64,000 nt of DNA from a virus. The DNA lies in IMG/VR virus record IMGVR_UViG_3300034374_004935, positions 1 through 64,000 of that record. The stretch is one strand, 5' to 3'. The notes under the pieces were generated by a model that searched no databases, was not told the DNA's origin, and saw only the letters and a program-made list of their open reading frames with translations. The position numbers and the translations under genes were made by a program. Positions 28,112 to 36,961 of this stretch are shown in pieces (the stretch's first letter is position 1; each line of letters starts with the position of its first letter).

Positions 28112-28245
28112 ACCAAAACGAAGATGAGTAAAGAAGAATTAATAGAGTGGATTTATAATCTACCACTACAAACTTTAACTGATGAGTTAAAAGATGATAT
28201 TGTAGAAAAGATTGATGATTTAAACCAAAACAAAGATGAGTGAAG
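28107..28245 (+). repeat. 27-bp direct repeat TTTAAACCAAAAC(G/A)AAGATGAGT(A/G)AAG flanking a mini-gene
   Basis: Copies at 28107-28133 and 28219-28245, 25/27 identical. Confidence 0.8.
28124..28243 (+). CDS. 39-aa hypothetical protein (absent from ORF track)
   Basis: MSKEELIEWIYNLPLQTLTDELKDDIVEKIDDLNQNKDE*. Confidence 0.6.
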   Translation: MSKEELIEWIYNLPLQTLTDELKDDIVEKIDDLNQNKDE

Positions 28246-28427
28246 CGTATGAAAACTCCTATAAGTTATTGATGGGAGAAACAACGTATGATGAATTAGG
28301 TAGAGATGGGCCGTTCTTGTTACCAAAGAACCATGAAGATCCTTTAGTTACACTGGAGTATTTTATAGATATAGAAGACTATGAAAAGTGTAGTAATATC
28401 AGAAATAAAATAAAAGAGAATGAATAA
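28236..28427 (+). CDS. hypothetical protein with UVR-like C-terminus
   Basis: LEYFIDIEDYEKCSNIRNKI resembles the UvrB/C (EdYEkAA.iRD) motif. Confidence 0.55.
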   Translation: MSEAYENSYKLLMGETTYDELGRDGPFLLPKNHEDPLVTLEYFIDIEDYEKCSNIRNKIKENE

Positions 28428-28668
28428 ATTATTATTAGTAGCACTCTTATTAGTAGGGTGTGGAGAGAAAGGAAGATTAGAGCAGCATGAAAAAGATTGG
28501 TCAAATGCAAAACCTCTCAAGGTAGAAAGGTACATAGATGAATCAAATTACCATGAAGCAAAAGTAAGTACGTTTATAATAGATGACCATAAGATTATTG
28601 TATATCATAGTAGTTATGGTGGTAGATTAGTAGCAATACCCTTAAATAAAACAGAAATAAAAGAATAA
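28420..28668 (+). CDS. lipoprotein
   Basis: MNKLLLVALLLVG-C lipobox. Confidence 0.7.
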   Translation: MNKLLLVALLLVGCGEKGRLEQHEKDWSNAKPLKVERYIDESNYHEAKVSTFIIDDHKIIVYHSSYGGRLVAIPLNKTEIKE

Positions 28669-28671
28669 ATT

Positions 28672-28803
28672 ATGAAAAGAAGAATTAAACATGAACTCCA
28701 CTGGAATTGGAGAAGAATTAAACTTTATGGAATATTTGCATGGGTTTTTTATGGATTAATGATTTTACGTTTAGTAGAAATAATTTTTAAGTTAGGCTTA
28801 TGA
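28672..28803 (+). CDS. small membrane protein (absent from ORF track)
   Basis: MKRRIKHELHWNWRRIKLYGIFAWVFYGLMILRLVEIIFKLGL*. Confidence 0.5.
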   Translation: MKRRIKHELHWNWRRIKLYGIFAWVFYGLMILRLVEIIFKLGL

Positions 28804-29003
28804 GTGAAGATTTAAATAAACACAGACAGGTAAAAAGTGTAGATAGTAATCAACATGATTATGATCGTATAAAAGAAACTATAATGGAAAATAAGTTTAC
28901 TCTCTGTCATTTAGGAGAATCAGTAATGGAATTACATGAAAAATATCCTAATGATACAGAGTTTGGTAAACAAGTTAGACAATTAATACTTTTAAAAAAA
29001 TGA
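28800..29003 (+). CDS. hypothetical protein
   Basis: 67 aa with YPNDxEFGKxVR motif. Confidence 0.6.
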   Translation: MSEDLNKHRQVKSVDSNQHDYDRIKETIMENKFTLCHLGESVMELHEKYPNDTEFGKQVRQLILLKK

Positions 29004-29245
29004 GTAGACACGTAATAGAAAAAAGCGATCAAGTTATAGCATATGGCTTTGATCATGCAGAAGGGTATTTCTTTCAATTAATGGATATAGACCCGAAAAC
29101 AAATGAAGTAGAAGAATATGTTATTGATGAATCCAGTTTATTAACCAAAATGAGCAATGGAAAGATGCTTGAGCTTATGACTAAGTATAACTTGCCCAAA
29201 TCTCATATACAAGCTGTAGCAATGGATTTACCAATTGAACAATAA
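29000..29245 (+). CDS. hypothetical protein
   Basis: 81 aa with YGFDH..GYFFQ motif. Confidence 0.6.
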   Translation: MSRHVIEKSDQVIAYGFDHAEGYFFQLMDIDPKTNEVEEYVIDESSLLTKMSNGKMLELMTKYNLPKSHIQAVAMDLPIEQ

Positions 29246-29256
29246 ACCTTAAAATT

Positions 29257-29439
29257 ATGATAACATTATTAATAATATCGTGGCTATATATAGGAATATA
29301 TGGCTATATTTACTGGATAAGTAAGCGTAATAGATACTACCATAAAAGATGGAGAACAAGAGAAGTAAATGCTATCCCAATGATGGCAATATTCGGGCCT
29401 CTATGCTTTGCAGTAGGCTATATTTTATATAATGAATAG
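29257..29439 (+). CDS. small two-helix membrane protein
   Basis: Two hydrophobic stretches flanking a basic loop. Confidence 0.55.
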   Translation: MITLLIISWLYIGIYGYIYWISKRNRYYHKRWRTREVNAIPMMAIFGPLCFAVGYILYNE

Positions 29440-29476
29440 ACAATTTATTGTCTGATTTAAGTTAACCTTATAATTT

Positions 29477-31486
29477 ATGATATATTTAGTAAGCAATCAG
29501 CAGAGTATGTTTAACTCTGCTGGTTATTCTATGTCTTCTATAGAGGAGTCACTAGAATATTTAGAAACATTAGACATAATCGGTTTTGACACCGAGACTA
29601 TGGGTATGGATCCTTATACCTGTGAGCTGTTATCTATGCAGCTAGGCGATAATGACAAACAATATGTAATCGATTGTACTACTATTGACCCTAAAGAATA
29701 TAAGGATATTCTTGAGAAGAAAGAACTAATAATGCATAATGCTAAGTTTGACTTAAGATTTTTGTATTATCATGGAATAGTTCCGAAGAAAGTATATGAT
29801 AGTTTTCTTGTAGAAAGAATATTATTTACTGGTATAGATACAGTAAGAAAATCTCTTGATGCAGTGACTTATAAATACTGTAAAATAGAGCTTGATAAAA
29901 CTGTACGAGGTTATATACACAAAGAAGGACTGAGCTCTAGAGTAATAAAATATGCAGCTGACGACGTAAAATATCTCCACGAGATAAGACGAAAGCAAAT
30001 AGTAGCCCTAGAAGAGAAAGGGCTAAAAAGAACAGCAAGTTTAGACAATGAGTTTGTGAAAGTACTAGCTTATATAGAATTCTGTGGCTTTTATATGAAT
30101 CCTGAAGATTGGCAAAACAAGTGTAATCAAGATTATAGCGATCTTATGGAAATAACAAGAAAGCTTAATCTATTTATACTAGAGAATCCTGAGACATATA
30201 GTGGCTTTATAGACTCACAGCTTGATTTATTTCAAGACGGTGTTAAGTGTAATATAAACTGGTCTTCGTCTCAACAAGTTATACCTTTTATGCAATCTCT
30301 TGGTGTAGATACTAAGATTAAAGATAAAAAGTCAGGCTTGATGAAAGATTCTGTAGATAAGAAAGTTCTTGTTAAGCAAAAAGATAAACATCCTATTATT
30401 AGTACTTATTTAGAATACACTGAAAAACATAAAGTTGTAAGTACATATGGTGAAAATTGGTTTAATTATATAAATCCTATAACAGGAAGAATACATTCTA
30501 ATTTTACACAAATAATGAATACGGGTCGTTTATCTTCTGGTCAAAAAGCTAATAAAAAATACAATCTTCCTCAAATGCCTAATATGCAAAATATACCTTC
30601 TGATACAAGAACAAGAAGTTGTTTTCAATCAGAGAAAGGTAATACATTAATAGTTAGTGACTATAGTGGTCAAGAGCAAATAGTATTAGCTAATAAATCT
30701 AAAGATACGGACTTATTAAATTTCTATGCTCAAGGCTTAGGTGATATGCATTCATTTGTAGCATCTAAGATATTTCCTGAGCTAGCTGATTTAGCTCTTA
30801 ATGATATTAAAAGTGATCATAAAGAGAAAAGACAGATAGCAAAAGGTGCAGGCTTTGCAATTAACTATGGTGGTACAGGTATAACTATATCTCAAAATCT
30901 TAACATCTCTATGACTAGAGGCGAAGAAGTATATAAAGCATATTTTAAAGCTTTTCCTGGTCTTGCTAATTATTTTAAGCAAGAAAAGACTAAAGCATTA
31001 AAATCAGGTTATATACAATTTAATGAGGTAAGTGGTCGTAAGTGCTATATACCATTCTTTGAAGACTTTCAAAGATTAACTGCTGAGATAGAAGAAGATC
31101 CAGAGTTCTGGTCGGATTATAGAGACCATAAAGCAAGAAACACTGAGAAATTTAAAGAATATTATAAACCAAAAGTACGTCAATATTTTATTAAGAAAGG
31201 TGATATAGAAAGAATGTCACTTAATTATCCTATTCAAGGTTCATCTGCAGATATCACTAAACTAGCAGGTATATATTTCTTTAGGTATCTAGAAGAAAAT
31301 GATTTAGTATTTAAAGTTAAAATGCCTAATGTAGTTCATGACGAGTGGGTTGTAGAATGCAGTGAGGATATCAAGAATGAGATAAGTAAAGTACTTCAAG
31401 TATGTATGGAAAAAGCAGGTGATGTTTTCTGTAAAACAGTAAAACTAAAAGCTGAACCTGAAATAACAAAATATTGGCAACATTAA
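29477..31486 (+). CDS. polA: DNA polymerase family A with 3'-5' exonuclease
   Basis: Exo motifs FDTET, HNAKFD and YAADD; TGRLSS; motif A DYSGQE; motif B RQIAKGAGFAINYG; NYPIQG; motif C VHDE. Confidence 0.95.
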   Translation: MIYLVSNQQSMFNSAGYSMSSIEESLEYLETLDIIGFDTETMGMDPYTCELLSMQLGDNDKQYVIDCTTIDPKEYKDILEKKELIMHNAKFDLRFLYYHGIVPKKVYDSFLVERILFTGIDTVRKSLDAVTYKYCKIELDKTVRGYIHKEGLSSRVIKYAADDVKYLHEIRRKQIVALEEKGLKRTASLDNEFVKVLAYIEFCGFYMNPEDWQNKCNQDYSDLMEITRKLNLFILENPETYSGFIDSQLDLFQDGVKCNINWSSSQQVIPFMQSLGVDTKIKDKKSGLMKDSVDKKVLVKQKDKHPIISTYLEYTEKHKVVSTYGENWFNYINPITGRIHSNFTQIMNTGRLSSGQKANKKYNLPQMPNMQNIPSDTRTRSCFQSEKGNTLIVSDYSGQEQIVLANKSKDTDLLNFYAQGLGDMHSFVASKIFPELADLALNDIKSDHKEKRQIAKGAGFAINYGGTGITISQNLNISMTRGEEVYKAYFKAFPGLANYFKQEKTKALKSGYIQFNEVSGRKCYIPFFEDFQRLTAEIEEDPEFWSDYRDHKARNTEKFKEYYKPKVRQYFIKKGDIERMSLNYPIQGSSADITKLAGIYFFRYLEENDLVFKVKMPNVVHDEWVVECSEDIKNEISKVLQVCMEKAGDVFCKTVKLKAEPEITKYWQH

Positions 31487-31642
31487 TAATACCCAATGTC
31501 ACTAATGTACATAGTTCTGGATTAGGTTGGCGAAAGCTAGAAAATGTTGGTGAAAATATCCGTAAAAATAATCGATCCTAGTACCTCAAATATCTGAAAT
31601 ATAGTTGGCGGGGCATAAAGTTAAGACATTGGGATATTATTA
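31484..31642 (+). ncRNA. putative structured intergenic RNA
   Basis: taataatacccaatgtc (31484-31500) pairs with gacattggg-a-tattatta (31625-31642); internal tggc-GAAA-gcta GNRA hairpin. Confidence 0.5.
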
Positions 31643-31660
31643 AAAATTAAAAACAATTAA

Positions 31661-32911
31661 ATGACAAGAACAGAAAGACAAATAGAAGTACTAAAAAAAT
31701 GGCGAGCGAATAACTTTAGAGGTATATTCCAAGCTGCTACAGGCTTCGGTAAAACCTATACTGCTATTATGGCTATTAAAGGTATGGTAGATAGAGCAGG
31801 TATAGAATCCTGTCTAGTTGTTGTGCCTACTATTACATTAAAAGCACAATGGGAAGCAGAACTAGCTAAAAATAAAGTAAAGTTTGCCGATGTGTTAGTA
31901 ATTAATACTGCTATAAAGCAACCTCGTAACTATGACATGTTAGTTTTAGACGAATGTCATAGATATGCTGCTGATAGTTTCAAAAGAATATTTGAAGTAG
32001 CAGATTGTGAGTATGTATTAGGTCTAACAGCAACTTTAGAACGTGAAGACGGACTTCATGATATTATTCTAGATTATCTAGAAGTAATTGATGAAGTTAC
32101 TGTAGATGATTGCTTAGAAGCAGGATGGATAGCACCGTATACTGTGTACAATGTAGCTGTGCCTTTGCCTAAAGATGAGCAAGAATCATATGATAAAGCT
32201 AATAATACTTTTAAGCATTTTGCTGCAGTTTTAGGATTTGGTGGAGATGCATTTAGAAAAGCACAACAGCATCTTAAAAGCGGTACTAGTGAACAGAAAG
32301 GTAAAGCGGCTCAATATTATGCATCTATGAGAAAGCGTAAGACTATATGTTTAAATAATAGCAATAAAGCGCAAGCTACTCATGATATTATCCAAGCTGT
32401 AGGTAAACGTAACGGCCTTATATTTAGTGGCACTGTGGAATTTGCAGAATTGTTGCAAGAAAAGCTTGGTGATATATGTATGAGCTTTCACAGCAAAATA
32501 ACCAAGAAACAACAGAAAGACATAGTAGCAAGGTTCAAAGACAAACGCACCAAGGTGCGATATATCAGCAGTGTACAAGCACTAAACGAGGGTTTCAACG
32601 TTCCTGATTGTTCGCTAGCAATTATAGCTGGTTCTAATTCTACTAAACGTACTTTTATACAGCAATTAGGTAGAGTTGTCCGTATGCAACCTGATAAAGA
32701 AGCAATCATTGTAAACCTTTATTCTCCTGGGACTCAAGAAGAAGTTTGGATGAAAAAAAGGTTAGGTGATATAGATAAAAATAAGGTAATTATTTGTAAC
32801 TTAGAAGACTTTTTAAATCAGTTAAATTATGGAAATATCGATGAATCTGGAGTTGCTCCAGCGGTCATCCCTGACTCCGAATCAGCTAGTTCTACTACAA
32901 CTTCTGTATAA
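31661..32911 (+). CDS. superfamily 2 (DExH, XPB/ResIII-like) helicase
   Basis: ATGFGKT, DECH, LTAT, NEGFNVP and QQLGRVVR motifs. Confidence 0.92.
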   Translation: MTRTERQIEVLKKWRANNFRGIFQAATGFGKTYTAIMAIKGMVDRAGIESCLVVVPTITLKAQWEAELAKNKVKFADVLVINTAIKQPRNYDMLVLDECHRYAADSFKRIFEVADCEYVLGLTATLEREDGLHDIILDYLEVIDEVTVDDCLEAGWIAPYTVYNVAVPLPKDEQESYDKANNTFKHFAAVLGFGGDAFRKAQQHLKSGTSEQKGKAAQYYASMRKRKTICLNNSNKAQATHDIIQAVGKRNGLIFSGTVEFAELLQEKLGDICMSFHSKITKKQQKDIVARFKDKRTKVRYISSVQALNEGFNVPDCSLAIIAGSNSTKRTFIQQLGRVVRMQPDKEAIIVNLYSPGTQEEVWMKKRLGDIDKNKVIICNLEDFLNQLNYGNIDESGVAPAVIPDSESASSTTTSV

Positions 32912-33389
32912 TAAAGACTATACTAATATTGAGAAAATTTTCGGTAAAGATCAAGCAATTGATATAAGAGAATCCTTAAAAGATACCCCATATATATTAT
33001 CCCAAGGGGGTTTATTTATGGATACGATTATTTCTACAGACAAGATTGAAAAATTGTTTGGAATACGTGGAGATCAAATTAACTTTTGGGAATTTTATCA
33101 ATGTTATCCTGTAAGAGTAGGAACCAGAGTGTTACGTGCCTCTGGTTCCATTGCTCAAGTTGCTAAGAAACATGAAAAGAAATATCTTGCTAGAGTCAAA
33201 AGAATTGCTCAACATGAATTAGCAATTAAAGCAACTGAAGCTTTTATAGCTCAACAAAAAAGAGCTAATAAACTTCAATACTTGCCTAACATGGAAACTG
33301 TTCTTAACAATTCTATGTGGGAACAATGGGAAGTCTTTATACAACCTGAAGGAGTGGAAGAACAAGATTGGAATTCGGATCAAATTTAA
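32829..33389 (+). CDS. putative replication initiator/helicase-loader-associated protein
   Basis: FWEFYQCYP motif, typical of phage replisome-organiser C-terminal domains; directly upstream of DnaB. Confidence 0.5.
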   Translation: MEISMNLELLQRSSLTPNQLVLLQLLYNKDYTNIEKIFGKDQAIDIRESLKDTPYILSQGGLFMDTIISTDKIEKLFGIRGDQINFWEFYQCYPVRVGTRVLRASGSIAQVAKKHEKKYLARVKRIAQHELAIKATEAFIAQQKRANKLQYLPNMETVLNNSMWEQWEVFIQPEGVEEQDWNSDQI

Positions 33390-33396
33390 ATATTAT

Positions 33397-34470
33397 ATGA
33401 CAGCAAAAATTAAGTATTGGGATAAACTAAAAGAATCAATAGAACGTGGTAAGAGAGGATTAAATACAGGTATACCTTTTCAAGGGTTTACAACCTTAAG
33501 TAATCATATAAAAAATATACAGCCAGGTAGATACGATTTAGTTTTCGCAGGTACAAGTGTCGGTAAAACGTCATTTGTAAATTCAACTTATGTTTATGGC
33601 GCTATAGATTTTTTGCAATCAAACCCTGGGTACATCCATGACATAGAGATTATATATTATTCTCTAGAGATACCTCCGCCTCATCAGATAGCAAAACATA
33701 TTGCTAATCTTATGTGGCGTGAACACGGAGTATTGACTAATTTAAATGAAATACTAAGTTTAGGTGGAGAAACACTACGTCCTGAAGTAGCAGAGCTAAT
33801 ACCACAATACGAAGATAGAATGAGACAAATACAAGATAAGTATTTGCACTATCGTAGTACACTTAGTCCAGAGTTTTTGTATAAAGATCTTATGGATTAT
33901 GCAGAAAAACGTGGTAAAGTTATTAGAGATAACAATAAGCTTATTGTAGGCTATGAACCTAATAATCCTGGTTTAATTACTCTTGTAGTAATAGATCATA
34001 TAGGTTTAATAAACTACAATAATTATAGCTCTCTAAAAGAAGCTATCGACAAAGCATCTAGAACTCTAGTGTTCTTTAGAAATATGTTCAACTTTAGTCC
34101 TGTGGTTATATCACAGATTAATCGTTCATCAGAAGCTATGGACCGTAGAGAAAGAGATAATTGGATGCCTATGTTAAGTGACATCAAAAACACTGGTAAT
34201 GTCTCAGAGGATGCTAATACTGTAATAGGTTTAGCAAGTCCGTTTTATTATGGTGTAGATAAGTGTCTCGGATTTGACATAACAAAATACAAAAATCGTT
34301 ATAGACTAGCTAAGATTTGTAAGAACCGTGACGGTGATGTAAATCTACTAGCAAGCTTCCTATTTGTAGGCGAGATAGGTGCTTATTATCAATTACCAAA
34401 AGCTAATGAAGTTTATGGTAAGCCTGAAGAACTTAAGAAAGTTCACGATTATTATTCTAAATTAAATTAA
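33397..34470 (+). CDS. dnaB: DnaB-like replicative helicase
   Basis: AGTSVGKT, YSLE, VVIDHIG, SQINR, P.LSDIKNTG..EDA and KNRDG motifs. Confidence 0.9.
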   Translation: MTAKIKYWDKLKESIERGKRGLNTGIPFQGFTTLSNHIKNIQPGRYDLVFAGTSVGKTSFVNSTYVYGAIDFLQSNPGYIHDIEIIYYSLEIPPPHQIAKHIANLMWREHGVLTNLNEILSLGGETLRPEVAELIPQYEDRMRQIQDKYLHYRSTLSPEFLYKDLMDYAEKRGKVIRDNNKLIVGYEPNNPGLITLVVIDHIGLINYNNYSSLKEAIDKASRTLVFFRNMFNFSPVVISQINRSSEAMDRRERDNWMPMLSDIKNTGNVSEDANTVIGLASPFYYGVDKCLGFDITKYKNRYRLAKICKNRDGDVNLLASFLFVGEIGAYYQLPKANEVYGKPEELKKVHDYYSKLN

Positions 34471-34476
34471 TCAATT

Positions 34477-34932
34477 ATGCCAATTGTAAAAAAAGAAAAA
34501 GGAAGCATTAGTAAAGCTTTCGAAGAAGGTAAAATACTTCTATTAGTTAACAATATTAATTGTTCAAAAGAACCAGCTGAAGAAGAAAGGCCTGAGTTAT
34601 CTAAAAAGTTGTATGAAAAGTTTGAAATTATAGAAGAAGTGCATAAAGCATTTCCTCTACCAGCTTTATATAAACTAGGAGATTATTCTGTTGCTAATAT
34701 AGCACAGTCGGCTAGTGTATTAAACTTTTATACATCTTTAAAAAATAATGAATTTGAGTATTCTGCTTTAAAGTCTTGTCTTAAAAAATTATCTATGGAA
34801 GGCTTAAGCAATGGTCACTATATAGAGCTTGCTTTTTGTAAGAAAAATATAGGAGATGCTGAATGGAAAACAGTAGAGCAAATTCTACATTTTCAAGAGC
34901 AGTTATTAGTAACTGTGTATGATAAAATTTAA
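34477..34932 (+). CDS. degenerate macrodomain-like protein (Poa1p/TARG1/DarG-like)
   Basis: Order KG.I....LLVNxxNC...LG...VLNFYT...YSALKSCL...W..VEQIL...VTVY matches this macro class, but the Gly-rich loops are missing. Confidence 0.55.
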   Translation: MPIVKKEKGSISKAFEEGKILLLVNNINCSKEPAEEERPELSKKLYEKFEIIEEVHKAFPLPALYKLGDYSVANIAQSASVLNFYTSLKNNEFEYSALKSCLKKLSMEGLSNGHYIELAFCKKNIGDAEWKTVEQILHFQEQLLVTVYDKI

Positions 34933-35000
34933 TCTAATATTAACCCTTTAAAAACAGAAAAACGTATGAAATAAATTAAGCAATTTTAACTCTCTATCCC

Positions 35001-35031
35001 TTGTAAATACAGGGAAAAATGACTATATTTA
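35001..35031 (+). promoter_or_regulatory. possible host-type promoter (TTG...TATATTTA)
   Basis: One mismatch to TAnnTTTG, with TTG about 20 bp upstream, in a 130-bp intergenic gap. Confidence 0.35.
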
Positions 35032-35064
35032 CATAGTAGTAATTAATCAAAAAACAATAACTTT

Positions 35065-35739
35065 ATGGCACAATTAGTGTTCCTGGTTGGTAAATCAGGT
35101 ATGGGTAAATCTACCTCATTACGTAAGCTAAATCCCGAAGAAACTGTAATAATTAACACCGATCAAAAGGCGTTACCTTTTAAACAGTTTAGCAAAAATT
35201 ATAATGAGGAAAAGCGTAATTATCGCAAAACGTCTGACATTAGTATAGTATTAGCTACTTTGAAAAAAGTAAACGAACTAAAAAATGTTAAGACGGTAGT
35301 TATCGACACTTGGTCTCGTATTATGACTGATACAGTTATGAGTCAAAAATTTAGATCCGAGAAAGGTTTCGATAAATGGTCAAAAATGGCTGCTAACCAA
35401 TATGACCTAATCAATTTTATTAATGACTCTATGCGTGATGATATCATAGTATATCTTATGGCGCATCCTGAAACACATTATGATGAATCAGGTTTTGCAT
35501 CTGAACGTATTGGAGTTCAAGGTAAAATGTTAGAAAGATTTGTTCCTGAGTCTTTTAGCACTATAGTTCTGTACACAGAGATTATTAAATCTCCTGGCAA
35601 GCCTAACAGGCATATATTTAGAACTGTATCATCAGGTTCCGACACTTGTAAAACACCTCTCGAAATGTTTGAAAACGATGAGATCGACAACGATCTCACT
35701 GTCGTTAACAATGCAATAAGAGAGTATTATTCAATTTAA
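35065..35739 (+). CDS. AAA_24/Sak4-like ATPase
   Basis: GKSGMGKST, KALPF, VVIDT, F.KW and KTPxxMF motifs. Confidence 0.85.
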   Translation: MAQLVFLVGKSGMGKSTSLRKLNPEETVIINTDQKALPFKQFSKNYNEEKRNYRKTSDISIVLATLKKVNELKNVKTVVIDTWSRIMTDTVMSQKFRSEKGFDKWSKMAANQYDLINFINDSMRDDIIVYLMAHPETHYDESGFASERIGVQGKMLERFVPESFSTIVLYTEIIKSPGKPNRHIFRTVSSGSDTCKTPLEMFENDEIDNDLTVVNNAIREYYSI

Positions 35740-35762
35740 TTTTTAATTTATAAACAACAGAA

Positions 35763-36287
35763 ATGGAAAATTTCGTATGGGATGCTGTGCCCTCACAAAG
35801 ACAGCGAAAAGTAGAAAAGTATGATTATCCTGTAATGACTATGGCAGCATTGTCAAAGCCTGGTGCAGGTAGAAAGTTTAGCTTTAATAAAGCTGCACAA
35901 GAATTACTAAATATTCAAGGAGAAGATAGAATTTCTTTTGGCTTTAATGCTGATAGAACTATTGTAGCTGTTCGTAAAGCAGACGGAGATGCAGGTTTTA
36001 AATTAACTAAAACTTGTACTCTTAGTGATAAGAAAACTTTTGAATTTATTTCTAAAATATTAAAATTATCTAATAATGTAGAAAATGAATTTAAAATTGT
36101 TTCTGATATTCCTGGCCTTAATACTTTAGTATTAATAAAAGAAGAAGCTTCTATAGAAAATTATCAAGAAAACAATTCTTCTACTGAAGAAATTTTAGAT
36201 GATTCTACAGGTAATGTAAATTATCCAACTGTAGAAGAAGGATTAGAATTAACTCCTTCTGAAGATGTAAGTAATAATCAATGGTAA
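35763..36287 (+). CDS. hypothetical protein with acidic tail
   Basis: 174 aa in the replication operon. Confidence 0.6.
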   Translation: MENFVWDAVPSQRQRKVEKYDYPVMTMAALSKPGAGRKFSFNKAAQELLNIQGEDRISFGFNADRTIVAVRKADGDAGFKLTKTCTLSDKKTFEFISKILKLSNNVENEFKIVSDIPGLNTLVLIKEEASIENYQENNSSTEEILDDSTGNVNYPTVEEGLELTPSEDVSNNQW

Positions 36288-36306
36288 TAATTTTTAAAAA
36301 CAATTT

Positions 36307-36909
36307 ATGTACGATTTAAATGACAGCGGTTTTGATGCCGCAACTGGAGGAAATGCCGTAATATTTAACGGTGGTGTAGCAGGTTTAGTAAACGATGTTA
36401 AAATGTCTGTTTACAAAAAGAAACCAGATGATAAGGAAAACGCTCCTGATTATAAAATCACTTTTACAGATGATAATGGTGGCGAGTGTTCTACTTCATA
36501 TTGGTATGTTACTAAAGACACACAGTATAGTACTGTGGATGAACAAGTAAAAAAGCAAGGTAAATCTATGAAGCACATTATACACGCTGTATATGGTGCT
36601 GACCATCAGATTGGCTTTAAGGCTAATAACCCTAAAGAATTGCTTGACCAAGCTATGAAGTATATTAAAGACGGACTAGCTAATGCTGGTAAGTTTAGAG
36701 TTTTCGCTACTTATGGTACTGTAAATGCTCCTAAACAATATATTCAGCCTCGTAGCTGGGTTCCATTTGTAGAATCTATGAGTGTTGATGTAAATCAAAC
36801 ACGTTTAAAACTAGCCGTCAGCATCGACGCTATGGATAGAATAGTGAAAGATGAAGTAGAAGTTGCAACTGCTAAAGCAGATGAGCTTCTAGAAGGCGAC
36901 GACTGGTAG
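36307..36909 (+). CDS. putative single-stranded DNA-binding protein
   Basis: Acidic-aromatic C-terminus (DELLEGDDW); located between the Sak4-like ATPase and the primase; followed by a terminator. Confidence 0.55.
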   Translation: MYDLNDSGFDAATGGNAVIFNGGVAGLVNDVKMSVYKKKPDDKENAPDYKITFTDDNGGECSTSYWYVTKDTQYSTVDEQVKKQGKSMKHIIHAVYGADHQIGFKANNPKELLDQAMKYIKDGLANAGKFRVFATYGTVNAPKQYIQPRSWVPFVESMSVDVNQTRLKLAVSIDAMDRIVKDEVEVATAKADELLEGDDW

Positions 36910-36929
36910 ACTATCTAAACTATAAAAAC

Positions 36930-36958
36930 AGAGAGGGTGTAAAAGCCCTCTCTTTTTT
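36930..36958 (+). terminator. intrinsic terminator
   Basis: agagagggt-gtaaaa-gccctctct followed by a T run. Confidence 0.75.
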
Positions 36959-36961
36959 ATT

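Noticed and set aside
28107-28245. CRISPR repeat-spacer unit
   Set aside because: The 85-bp interval is a coding mini-gene and the repeats are non-palindromic translation-start sequences.
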